Positions 28,920 through 42,000 of a stretch of 64,000 nucleotides of DNA are shown one piece after another. The first letter of the stretch is position 1. Every line of letters begins with the position of its first letter. The notes beneath the pieces were generated by a model. It saw only the letters and a list, made by a program, of their open reading frames with translations, ran no database searches and was not told the DNA's origin. This stretch comes from Paraspadella gotoi (lineage: Eukaryota; Animalia; Chaetognatha): contig CM119271.1 in NCBI GenBank assembly GCA_051294375.1, forward strand, positions 16,331,434 to 16,395,433, given 5' to 3'. A program made the translations under genes and the position numbers.

Positions 28920-29230
28920 TTTGAAAACTGTCCTAAAGCTCTACTCCTATTTTCAATATCAATATCTCTCTCACCATTTCAATTTCTTTTCACAAACTAG
29001 TTCTATCTGCTCTCATATTAACCTGTCCTCACAACTGACCACTGTCCTTTTCTCAACTCTGTGTTGGAAACTTTGCCCAATCCCTCTCTCTCTCTCTTTC
29101 GCTCTCTCTCACACTCTCACACTTTTTTTTATGCACATAATTTGTTTCGCATTCACAACTATTAACGCTGATGAAGGCTTGTATTAAGCCGAAACATGTC
29201 CGTTTCTCTACAAAAAAAGGAAAAAAAATC
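28920..29230 (+). mobile_element. Solo Penelope-like pseudo-LTR fragment related to 32093-33291
   Basis: Shares cctgtcctcacaa(t)ctgaccactgtccttt...gttggaaact block; ends in HHR plus A-rich tail; left boundary approximate. Confidence 0.7.
29164..29204 (+). ncRNA. Minimal type I hammerhead ribozyme (Penelope-type)
   Basis: AACG-CTGATGA-A-GGCTT/AAGCC-GAAA-CATG-TC-CGTT; all stems pair; predicted cleavage after C29200. Confidence 0.88.
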
Positions 29231-29316
29231 GTAATCAATTTCAAACTTTTCTAATTGATATTTTGTAATTTTATGGTTTTAAAATTAACCATTTTCAATA
29301 AGTTCTTTTGGCTAAA

Positions 29317-29493
29317 TTTTACTTTCGCCGACCGCGGTTATGGCGGCTTTTTAAAAATTATTTAAAAATATTTAAAAAAAAAATTATTAAAAAAAATTAC
29401 CTAATTACCCTAACCTTCCAAACCCTAACCACCCCTAACCCTAAACCATCACTAAACTACCCTTAACCCTAACCGCGGTCGGCGAAAGTAAAA
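29317..29493. mobile_element. Small inverted-repeat element with internal CCCTAA telomere-like repeats
   Basis: Perfect 24-bp IR TTTTACTTTCGCCGACCGCGGTTA (29317-29340 / 29470-29493). Confidence 0.75.
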
Positions 29494-30496
29494 GTAACCC
29501 CGATAAATATTACTAAATTTATATTGTTCGAATTTCTATAAATAAATAGCAAGTCAGAATACACTAGCTCGCTCACGCCGTTACGGTAAAATTCTCAATA
29601 GAATGAATGACGGAATTCTGTTGCAACGCGTCTTGAACAGGTTCGGCGCGACCCAAAATTGGAATTACCGACTTTCTGCAAAATAATTACTGGGTCTCTT
29701 TACGTGATTACGTCAATATTAAATAGAAAACAAAATTTTTAAAAAATAAACTTTTTATTAAATATAAACGTGTGTGATGCGTTTATTTACAAATGACGAT
29801 TTTTAAGCGGTTTGTTCTTCGTGAGACTCGTAGTGATTCCCGATGGAAATCGAATTTAAAAAAAAATCAATCTTTGGTGAAAATAAGAAAAAATAATTAT
29901 AAAACGATTGAAATGACGCTATACTGTATTGGGTTCTTGTTTTCGGGCTGGGAGGTTTCCATATATCTATGAACTTTGTCAGGCACTTCTGGTAAAGCTA
30001 ATTCTGCAGTAAAGTGCGCGGTGGGGAGGAGAGCGATTAACTACTTAGATAAAACTTATTTGCTAAATAGTAAGATTTTTTGATCTTAATGGAAGAAAAA
30101 AAACATGAAAAAACTGGAAAGGTTTTTTTTATGGAGTCTAAATAAACGTAACAATGATATGGTTTAACATCTCTAAACAAAGATGGAGTAAATATAAAAA
30201 GAAAAATAAACCTGAAAAAGTATGGCTGGAAACTCATTAAAAAAAAAACAATAATGGGTTTTATTTAAACAAACTGTCAATCCAATTCCGATATGTGAAA
30301 GTTGAAATTTGTAGAAAAGAATGTTTTTTGTTTAAATTGTTATTCGGATTTTGGTTTATGGGCGGATTCAAAGATAGATTTCTAAAAAAATAGATATGAA
30401 ACAGAATTGACAGAAAATATTGATAAAATAATAACAATAATAACGAATTAGAATGTAAAATTGTCAATTTACGCTAAGTAATAATTTTTTTTCAAT

Positions 30497-31181
30497 TCAA
30501 GCGTTAGGCAAAGAATTGCGCTTAACATTTATTTTTTCTTTTCTTTCTTTCTTCCTTCTTTCAATTACTTTGTTGGGTACTTTTCTTTTTTCTTTCCTTT
30601 CTTCCTTCCTCCTCTTCTCTCCTTTCTCCACCTCTTTCCTCTTCTCCTTTCCTTCCTTTCCTTCCTCCCCTTCCTCCTTCTCTTTCTTCTCTTCTTCCTT
30701 CGGTTTTAACAACCCCGCCTCCGTGCAAGACCGACAACAGAACTTCCCGTAGTATTTATTGTGGCAGAGCTTGGCGGCCACGATGAGCCGACAATTGGCG
30801 AGCAACGGGACGTCCTTGCAGCGGGGGTCGGTAACGACGATCCGCTTGGAACGGATCGTCACCACCGTGGCCGCTTTGGCCGGCGTCGACCGACCGTTGG
30901 AGGCCTCGCAGGCGTAGGCTCCCGTGTCCGACGACTTCAAATCGAGTATCTCCAATTCGCCGTCGGTAATAACCACGCGTTCCGAGGAACGAAGCGGCTT
31001 CTCCTCCCGCAGCCAACGAACCCGCGGCGGAGGGAGGCCCTCGGCGCGGCAGCGCAACTTGAGAGCGGAACCCTCTTCGTAGGTGGCGGGGTGAGGGGGT
31101 AAAGAGACGCGGATGGGTGAGGTCACGACAAGCGTAAGGAGGAGAGTTTGAGGTGAACCGATTCCATTACGGACGGTGCAT
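30497..31181 (-). CDS. Papilin-like terminal exon (Ig, PLAC, K/E-rich tail)
   Basis: [15 protein letters not shown]...[12 protein letters not shown]; [36 protein letters not shown]. Confidence 0.92.
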
Positions 31182-32998
31182 CTAGAGTTGAAAAGAGTTG
31201 AGACGTAAAAGAAGAAATGATTAATGGAATGTATCATTCCGTTTAATATCATTCGGAAATTTTATGTTAAATACGGACACTGTCATTTTTAAAGTTGTAG
31301 GGTTGTGCGGGGTAATTCGGAACATTGACACATAAAATTACATAATAAAATTTTATAATTTTTTTTGTGCATTAAATTTTTTAACAAATTGACTTTCCAT
31401 TATTAGAGTTACAGAATTCTGCTGCAGCAGAAATTTCAAGGCTGCTAATCAATTTTCGTCATTGAGTAGTCGTTTTCAAGCCTCTGTCATAGTCATATTT
31501 GATGTAATTGACGTAATATGACTATGGAATATTAATATTTGATAGATGAGATTAGTAATTTTTAGTTATTGTATAGATTATTTCAAAAAAATAATTAGTT
31601 TTTATATAGCTACAATTAAATTGGGGTAAAACGGAATATGCTTTTAGTGTTAGTGATAATTTGCTAAGTAATAATAAGAATTAGCAACAAGTAATTAGGC
31701 GTAAAAAAACTATCATACTATATATAATATGGTAAAAAAAATCTTAAAAGCATAAGGATCGTCGCAATCGCATAAGAAAAATCTAGATTGACAACAAATT
31801 TTGATACTAAAAAAAATAAAATTTGAAAAATAAAAAAAAATAATAAAGTACCAAGGAAAATTAAAGTTACAGTTTCTGGGGAAAAAAAAGAAAAAAAGAA
31901 AAAAAAAACAATGAAAAAGTTTTTTTTTGTCATTTTTAATTATCATTGTCAAATAAACTGATCAGCAGACGCAGCCCCTGAGAAAAAAAATTTGATAAAA
32001 GAAAATTAATTTACAAACAGAAAGAAAAATTCTATTTTGCGATTGTCAATTAAAAAAAATAATAAAATACCGAGAAAAATTAAAGTTAGTTTTTGTGTAT
32101 AGACTTTCGATTTCGTTGTTTATTCGCATTAGGAGAAAAACAATTATTTGTTTTGACAACGAATTTTAGTGACAATTTGACAGACATGTTTTGACTCTGT
32201 ATTTTTAGAGTCTTCATCAGTGTTTGACAATATTCAAGTTTTTCTCTTTAACATTGAGTTTCAGAAAGAGAGAGAGAGAGAGAGTTTCCAACAAAGAATT
32301 GAGTAAAGGACAGTGGTCAGATTGTGAGGACAGGTGAAGGTAAGAACAGGGGAGGAGTGAGTTTGGTGAAAATTTGAAATTGAGGGAGAATGGAAGAGAG
32401 AGAAAGAGAGAGAGAAAATATTTACATTGGACAATGTACAACAATGATAAAGGGAAAGAGAATAAATTAATAAATTTAAAGATTTTTTAAATTAATAATA
32501 ACAATGAAAAAGATAATTTAATTAATTAAATAAAGGTTGAAATTGAAATAGAAGAATAAGTAATGAGGGATAGATAAGTAAAAGTGTTAGTGAAAATTAA
32601 GGTGAGAAAAAAGAGCTCAAAATGAGCTATTGGCAGGCCTATCAGGCCAGAGAGATATTAGAGTGGCACTAGGCGTTTTCCCAAGAGGATCCTAACCAGA
32701 TCCTAAAATGTCTCGCTCTACAGTCATATCGTCTCAGCCAATGACCCGATCCTATAGCCAACATCCCACCTTTGCCCGGCCGGGGGGGGGCCAACTCATT
32801 TTGAGCTCTTTTTCTCACCTTAATTTTCACTATCACTTTTACTTATCTATCCCTCATTACTTATTCTTCTATTTCAATTTCAACCTTTATTTAATTAAAT
32901 TATCATTTTCATTGTTATTATTAGTTTAAAAAATCTTTAAGTTTATTAATTTATTCTCTTTCCCTTTATCATTGTTGTACATTGTCCAATGTAAAGAT

Positions 32999-33033
<35 letters not shown>

Positions 33034-36000
33034 TCCATTCTCCCTCAATTTCAAATTTTCACCAAACTCACTCCTCCCCTGTTCTTACCTTCACCTGTCC
33101 TCACAATCTGACCACTGTCCTTTACTCAATTCTTTGTTGGAAACTCTCTCTCTCTCTGAAACTCAATATTAAAGAGAAAAACTTGAATATTGTCAAACAC
33201 TGATGAAGACTCTAAAAATACAGAGTCGAAACATGTCTGTCAAATTGTCACTAAAATTCGTTGTTAAAACAAATAAAAATTGTTTTTCTCCTAAAGTTAG
33301 TTTAAAAAAAAAAAGAAAAAAAAGGGGAAAAAAAAGTTATTGTCAAAAAATAAACTAATCAGCAGACACAGCTCCTGAGAAAGAAAAAAACGAAATAACA
33401 AGTTTGAGCAAACAATGTCGGATCTGCCTACGATAATTAATTAATTAATCGATTAATTAATTAATTAATTAGTTTTAATATGTAATAATTAATTTTAAAT
33501 TTATATTCAACTTATCATCATCGATGTCCTTAAAATTGGGTTAGGACAGTTATTAAATATGTTTTGTTTACATTTTATCAAAACAAACAAATATCCTCTA
33601 TTTTATTTTATGTCTCCTTCTCTCTCTCTCTCACTCTCATCCTTATCTCTCTCTCTCTCTCTTTTTTTATGCAATTGCGACGATTTTTAAATTTTTTAAC
33701 TTGCATCATTTTTTCACATTAATTAATTAATTAAAACATTATTAGTAATCATTAATATTTAAAGATTCAAGTAATGTGACTTATGTTTTCCATCTAAACT
33801 CATTTCCACTGGCACAATTCCGTCAAAACTTTATATAATTATTATATATTATAAAATATTTAAAAGCTTCAGTGCAACAACCCAATGAACTAATTCAAAA
33901 AGTTACATTGAAAATCGATTTAGTATAAAAGGAAAAAAAATTTTTAAAGAGAACTAGAAGTTATAAAAAGTGTTCAATTTTGGCCTGCCCTTACTAGATA
34001 TTAGGCCGGAACAGGTTGAAACTAGAAGTTCTCCTCAAATAAATAATGGTAAAGCGATTATTAAATAATATGAAAATGAAAATAATTTTTAAAATTTTGC
34101 TTATCAATTTTTTTTATTGAGTTCTGATAGAGCTTTAAAAGCTAGATAAGTTATTAATATACAACTTTTTAAAATTTGGTTGAGTTTATTAATGAAAAAT
34201 TAAAAAAATAAAATTCAGCCAATAATGATGATGATTTTTTAAGGTTTTTTCTATTTTTAACCAATTTATTGTCAAATTTGAAAAATTATAGTACTAATCA
34301 TTTCATTTAACTTTTTAAAGCTCTAACAAAACCCGTTCTTTTAAAAAAAAAACAATTTTAAATTTTTTTTTTGTCATTTGTTATATATTTAATATATTTA
34401 AAGCTTCAGTGCAACAACCCAATGAACTAATTCAAAAGTTACATTGAAAATCGATTTAGTAGTAGAGGGAAGGAAAAAAGAAATTTTTTTTGAGAGAACT
34501 AGAAGTTATAAAAAGTGTTCAATTTGGCCCGCCTTACTAGATAATTGCCATGTGATTAAAAATGTTGTGGAATAATAAATATCTCAATTTTATGTATTTT
34601 GTAAGTATTAAGTATTTTTATTTCAGTGAGTAAATAAACAACTTTTTTATCGCTATATTTTTATCTCGGATCTCTCCTCTCCTCTTTCTCTCTCTCTCTC
34701 TTTCTCTCCTCTTCTTTGCATTTGCATACGATCCTAATGCTCATTTTTCTGCTCTACTCTCTCTCATCTTTGCAATTGCGATGATCCTTATGCTCATTTT
34801 CTGCTCTCTTTCTTTCTCTCTCTCTCTCTCTCTCTCTTGGCAATTGCGACGATCTTATGCTCATTTTCTGCTCTTTCTCTCTCTCGCTCTGTCTCTCTCT
34901 CTCTCTCTCTCTCTCTTGTAATTGCGCAGACGATCCTTATGCTTTAGGATTTTTTTAACTTGGCATCATTTTCTTCTTGCATCATTTTTTCAATCTTGCA
35001 TATTTTTTAAATTGCATCATTTTTCTCACATTAATTAATTAATTAATAAGTAAAGACATTTATAGTAATCATAAATTATTATATCATAAATAATAAAGAT
35101 TCAAGTAAATGTTTTTTTCCATTAAACTCATTTCCACTGGCACAATTCCGTCAAAACTTTATATCTAGCGTCTTCACACACTTTCCTACCCGCTCACAAA
35201 AATTTCATCCTCAATCTATTATGGTTAAAATAAGTAAAATGATTCAAGTAAATGTGACTCATATTTTTTCATTTAAACATCATTTCCACTCGTACTTTCC
35301 ACCGAAACTTTATATCAAGCATTGTTACACAATTTTCTACCCACACAAAAATTTGAACTCAATCTATCCATCCAATTATGATTAATTAGAGGACTTATTG
35401 GTTTCAGTTGGATTGGTTGCGACTTCGCCATGGCGATATCGCCAGGCTTTGGCGATTGATCGCACGTCGCCTACCACTGAGGGCAGTAAGCTCTGCCAGT
35501 TAAGAAAAGTAGCTGAATATTAAATGAAAGCGGACAGCTAACACCGGGGATGATGCCATAAACCACTTCAGCAGCTCACATTCTCACAAAGCCCTACAAC
35601 CCTAATACAATCTCAAAATCCTACTGAAGGGCCTGCTGCATCAACTGAACCTCGCTGTGCCTCTCCCCTAACCCTAACCGGGCCTGGGCCTCCCGTACAT
35701 TCCATCCCTCAACCCTAGCCCTAACCGCCTTTGATGCATCAACCACGAGAGCCATCCCCGCTTCCCTACCCCCTAAACCCAAGCCTTCCGTTCAACTCCT
35801 GTGCCTCTCCCCTAACCCTAACCCAGGCTCAGCCTCCCGTACATCTCCGTGCCTCAACCTACAACCCTAACCGCCTTCGATGCATCAACCACGGGCCCCT
35901 CCCCTAACCCAACCTAACTAAGCCTCCCGTTCAACTCCATGCCTCTCTCCCTAACCCTAACCCAGCCCAGCCCTCCCGTAACATCTCCGTATGCCTCAAC

Positions 36001-39000
36001 CCTAACCCTAACTGGCCTTCGATCCTCAATCATGAGGCCCCGCACAACCCTAAGCCTGTCCCGTTCACCCCATGCCTCGTCCTTAACCCTAAACCCGTAA
36101 AGCCGAGAGGCCCTCGTTCATACGTGCCCGGTACAGGTGTTCGGTTCATAACCTCGCGGGGCTCCAGTGCCTCATCACCGCGTACACAACCTACACCAGG
36201 CCCACAGGCAGCGATCACAGCGTACGATCTCGCGTACCTTCAACCCCTGACAAATACCCTAAATGGAGCCTTCGAGATTATCAAGGTTCTTCGGGTTCGT
36301 CGTCTGTTGAAATAGGTAGACCCACGGAAGTACTCCTCTCTTCAACACTCATTAATAATCCTCTCTAATCAATTAGTGAGCCAGCACTCTTTTATCTCGA
36401 TAACATTGGTTCTTTATCTAACTGTACCTCAACGCACTTCAGAAGCATTGGACATCACACCGACACTCGAAATTTTGCCTTCGATATATAACCCCGCGGG
36501 GCCTCTTCTCCAACCCTAAACCCTCAGAAAGTCTGGGCCCAGGCCTACGCGCGTACATCTCCGATGGCCCACAATCCCACTGAGAACCCTAAACGGCGAG
36601 GAGGCCTCTGTGGTCCCCCAAAGAATCAAACAATACGAGCCGTAACTTGTCCTTTGTCATCTCCATTTTGTCCCTTCCAGAATTATTGTCTCATTATGTC
36701 AACACAACATAAAACTCTTATTTCAGCTAAAAATATATATGAAAAATCTAGGTTATTTCAGAAATTAATATTAAATTAATTAACGAGCCACAAAAAAACT
36801 TAACTTAACTACTACCAGTTTTTTACTCAACCCTAACCCTCTATATACCAAACTCAACCCTACTCTCTAATCTAAGTTTTTATGTTTTGGCTGAAAAATA
36901 TCGGTCCATAACTAGAACGAACTCTAGAGTTCAGTATGAGTTAGTTATCACGCTAAGATCGAGTCCAAAATGGCGAGGGCGTCATGGAAGTCAAAATTAA
37001 GATAAAATTAATATGAAAATGACATTAATTAATAAAATAATAAATGCATAGATGCACTTAATAATAGTGGTTTAGTTATTAGTTTCCGTAATACTATAAA
37101 AATATATATATAATATATTAAGTGTTCCATGTTACCCAATTTATTTTGAAACAAAAGAACAATCCCATTAAAATTTTTTATTGTTTTTACAATATTCTAC
37201 TAGAGGGAAGGAAGCTTTTTGTAAGACAAAGGAACATTTAAAATAAATTTCAGCTGCACCCACTAGATCTTCACTTGCACCTGCTTTTCAACAAAATAGC
37301 AATTATTTTTATAAATTTTTACTATCTTAAATCTCTTAAAAATTATTTTTTTGATATTTTTAACAAGTATTTTTTTCTTATTCTATTTTATTCTATTTCT
37401 TATTCTATGTTTTGATTATAAATTATACTTCGAAACAAAAATAATATTGTTTTGATTTATAAAATTATATTAGTGCTACAGTAACAGTTCAGTTTTAGCC
37501 CTTGAAAGTGATTTACATGTATTAGCGCAGCCACTGATTTATCTATTTTACTCACTTGTATTCTCCGGCGTCTTCGGGGTGCAAATTCGAGATTTCAACG
37601 AAATTATTCTTCGCGTATTTAATTCGCGAGGATTCGAAAAGTTCAACACCGTCCTAGCGGAAAAACGGAATGCAAAAATCTGTAATTCTGGATGGAATTA
37701 TGATTCTTATCGAAACCCCCCCCACATTAGCCTTTTGTCTCTCCAAAAGGCGAGACACCGCGCTGTGACCAGACATGTGAAACATAAACAAAAGTCAAAA
37801 GAGAAAACCAGACTCCCGGCCTCAGCGACAGCAGAGCTGCTGCAGGGCCCAGTCCCGACGCAGCATAACTCTGTCGAAGTGCTGCTGAGCCGAGGAACGC
37901 GTCACTAGTCCCGAGAAACGCCAAAACGAAGCGCCCCATGAGACGTCCCTGCAATGAAACCGAAAGAAAGTCTGATCTCCGGGCCCGTCTCCGGCCCTGA
38001 GGATGACGCCGAGATCAACGCCGCGGGCGAAGGCTTTCGAGAACGCCAGGGCACGCGTAGAACCTGTCGGAGCGTCGGCATCCACCTCCAAAAAGAGCGC
38101 CTTGAGAATTGCCGCAAAATGTTGAGGCGGAAGCAGAGTAAAGGGCGGCGAAGGGGCGCAGAAAAGAAACACGTGAGACAGCGCTAAACATTCGCGGACT
38201 CAAAGCCACTCCCTCAGAGCTGCAATGGGGCAACGCGAAGACGCCGGCAGGGCGTCCACCCTGAAGGACGGGCCCAAGTGCCCGACGCGATCTGTCTTGG
38301 AGAGCTTGGACGGAACGAAGCGCCCATGATCCGTCGCGAGTGAGAAATGGGCTTGATCACACTTGAGCGAGACTAATTCCGACGGCCTCCTGGCCGAAGC
38401 GAGCGCCAAAAGAAAAAGTCCTCGAACTTCCTTACATTGAAGGAAAGAGCAGGAGGTACAGGCTCGCGCGTAACGATCTTGTGTCGAGCCTCTCCAGCTG
38501 CCAGCGATGATGTCGAAGGCCGAATCGCTGAGGTCGTCGAAGTCGTTCGCCCGCCAAAAATCTGCCAAACGAAACGATCGGCTTGCGGCGGCGGGGATCC
38601 TGTGCTGAGGTCGACGACGGCGTCCTCTGGAACCGGAAGGCGTCGAACCTCCCGAATCCTCAAGTTCCTCAAAAACGGGAACCACTTCTGGGTTGGCCAA
38701 AAGGGGGCGACCAGTAGGAAAGGCCCCGATGCCTCCACCAATTTCCGGATGACGCTCGGGAGAAAGAGCGGCGAAGAGAAGGGGCCGAACGAAGCTCCAA
38801 ACTTGAGCAAGGGCGTCCACACCTTCCGTTAGCGCCTCCGCCTTCCAAGAGAAGAAAAGGCGCACTTGCGTCGAATCCTTTGTCGCAAAAAGATCGATGG
38901 AGGGGGTGCCGAAGGTCTTGCAGATCTGACGGAAGATCCGTGGAAGGAGATGCCAATCCGCAACGAGGCGTCCCCTCGACGCCGCATCCGTCACCAAGCT

Positions 39001-42000
39001 CTCCTCTAACGACAGGCGACTCCAGGTGATGCGGATCCCCAGAGCGTGGGCGATCAGGAAAGAACCCTGACAACCTCATGAAGTTCCGATGAACGACTGC
39101 ACGTGTGCTGAAGACGGAGAAACGAAACCAAACTGTCGGCCTTCCAAAGGAGATTCGAAAAACTTAGAGAGCTGCCAACTCGAGAGAGAAAGATCTTCAA
39201 CACCCTGAACTCCTCCACATCGATAAAGTGAGGGGCATCTGCAGCATGAGCGCAAAACTCTGGGAGCAGATCGTCCACTGGCGCGACGTAGATCTCCAGA
39301 CGAAGCGGCTGGCACCACTAGCTCCTCCCACGATGAAGCGTCCAACGGCGTCGGTCAATCGAGAACCCTCTCGGAGCGGTAGACGCGGTTGACGTTCCAT
39401 TGAATCCAGACGGATCGACAACGGAGAAGCGGTAAAGCGAGCGTGGCTGCTGTGGCGTGTCCGTGGACCGAAAGGACAGAACGCGCCAACGGAAAGGGCG
39501 ACGAGGAGAAAGGTCGCTAAACTCCGAATCGCAACTTGGGCGGCACAAGCGAGATCTGATGAAGCTGGCCGTCCCAGTGAAACCCGAGAAAAAAGATCGT
39601 GGCTGCCGTGGCGAGTCCGTGGAACTAAAGGACTAAACGTGCCGGCAGAAAGGGCGACTAGAGAGAGGTCGATAAACTCCGGATCGCAAAAAACTTGGGC
39701 GGCGCAAGCGAGATCTGATGAAACTGGCCGTCCCAAAGAAACCCGAGGAAGTCGAAGGACCGAGACGGAGTAAATCTCGACTTCTCCCGATGGAGGATGA
39801 AACTTGCCTCCAAGAGCAGCTGAACCGTCTTCAACGTAGCTTGAGGACACTCCTCCTTTGACGAGCCCAAGAAGAGAAAGTCGTCGAAGTCGAAAGGACA
39901 ACGAAAGCCCTTCTGCCTCAAACATTGAACTAGAAGGCGCGTCGTCTTCGTGAAGAACCACAGGTTCGTCGCCAAACCTTCAGAGCTCCTCGTTAAAAGG
40001 AAGGAGAAGGTAGACATCGCGCAGGTCGATCGAGGCTCCAAACGTCCCGTCAAAACCTCCTCCTGATGTCCTCGACTCCCTCCATGCGGAAATATGGAGG
40101 AGAGAAAAGCGGCGTAGAGCCGCTTCAGGTTGCGAAAAGTCCTTCACCCTCCATCCAGGTTTTTTCTCTTTCTAAAAAAGAAGTAAAGCCTCGGAGAGGC
40201 TTCTACCTCCTCGATCGCTCCTTCTCTAAGGCGGTGGAGAAATCCGCCTCGACTGCGTCGTCCCTTTCGCCGAAAGATGGCGTCGCGTCGAAGGGCGAGG
40301 AAAAACCGGGTTGGGATCGCCTCCGCACCGGCGATCTTGAGCCCCAAGATTTTCGTCAAAATCTTGAAGAGGGCCTGCAGCCGGACAAGGCGGCGACTAC
40401 ATCGGCGAAGAAACCCATCATTTAGCGGGCTTGGATCCCCTGTCCTGGCCGTTTCCCGGACTCTTGAGGGAAAAAAGGGCTTCCTGCCGCTCTTCCGCGG
40501 CTTGAAGCTGGTCTTCGACGCTTTAAAAACCTGACGGCGGTTATCAACAAAGCGAGGGCGTGAGGCGGATCGGAAAAAAGGCGGCGTTGACCGCTGAAGA
40601 ACTTGATCCAAAGGATTATCGAAGATAAACTATTCGGTGGGCGCGGCGTCCTGCAGCGTCCCACGCAGATCGATTGACGCCCTCGACAAAACTGAACGTC
40701 GAACTCCAGAAGCGCCGTGTTAAACGCAGATGTCTGGAAGACCCAATGTTGCGAAGGTGCAAAGCCATGCACTCCACCACCTGATCCACTGAAAAGCCCG
40801 CCTTGCTGGCCTCTGACCAAAGGCGTAGATCCTCGGCGACAAAAAGGGCGGCGTGACCCGACGCGCCCGCCTTCGCATCATGCGTACATGTTGACGGTAG
40901 ACAGGATATCTGGTGCAGAGAGTCGCTTCGAAATGCGGAATCAAACACCCGTCGTGATCCGGAAGTAGAAACGACGCTGGCGAGGCGTGGTCCACCCAAC
41001 GACGAAGGCGCGAGGATGAGGAGGTTGTGCAAGATCCAGCCTCTCGCCAACTCCCCTGACTCCGAGACGTGACGAAGCGTACGTCATTGCTTCGAAACTC
41101 AATCAGACGGCGACACCGCTCCTTGGCGTCAAAAAGCCCGATTGACGTCCAAGTCACCTCTCCATCTTCCGATGAGCGTTTGTCCGGTTCCGGAGTTGAG
41201 AGCGACGCCGTGTGCCGTCAAGGCGGTGAAGGCGACGCTTTGCGTCTAGAGGCCAAGGCAGTAGCTCGTGATCGGGCCTGCTCTCTGGAAGCGAAGGACT
41301 CGACAAGGACCAGCGGCGATGGTAGCGAAGTGAAGTCGTCCGTTCGATAAGAATCACACATGAACATAAGCAAAAAACGAGAATTAGATTAAAAATCAAA
41401 TCGAGGAACCCCCCCCTTTCTTTCTCTCTATCTACAAATATTCAGCAAAAAAGAAAATATTTGAAACGAAACACACACAGAAAAAAACCGAACCACACCC
41501 GCGACCACACCCACTCGGAGGCGAAAGGGGCGGCGGCGGGAGAATGTGGGGGGGGTTTCGATAAGAATCATAATTCCATCCAGAATTACAGATTCTCTAT
41601 TTGAAACCCCCCCCCCACATTAGCCTCAGTAACGAGAAAAACGCGGCGTGTGAACAAAAATATAAAAATAAAAACGAAAAGAAAGAAAGAAAAGAGAAAC
41701 AAAAAATTTGATGGAGGGGCAAATAAAAAGAATTTGCAAACGACTTCGAATAAAGGAACAACCCAAATTTAACGCTCACCGGCGGAAATCTCCATCTCCC
41801 GGCGAGGCGAATCCTGCATTTCCTTGAAAACCCGTTGAGGGCGTCCTTCAAAATGTTAAATACTTCCAGGCCTCCAGCCGTTGCGCTCGCCTCCCAGGGC
41901 TGCGTGTAGGCTGTCCACCCCCCGAACCGACACCACTGGTGCCGGGTTGCGGCGCCCCTGCGCGCGCGGTCCGAGGCGCTGTAACCGAGGTAATGGAAGA

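Noticed and set aside
39550-39590. Hammerhead-like CTGATGA-stem-GAAA antisense to DIRS RT
   Set aside because: No NUH cleavage site or stem I in register; explained by RT codons on the other strand.
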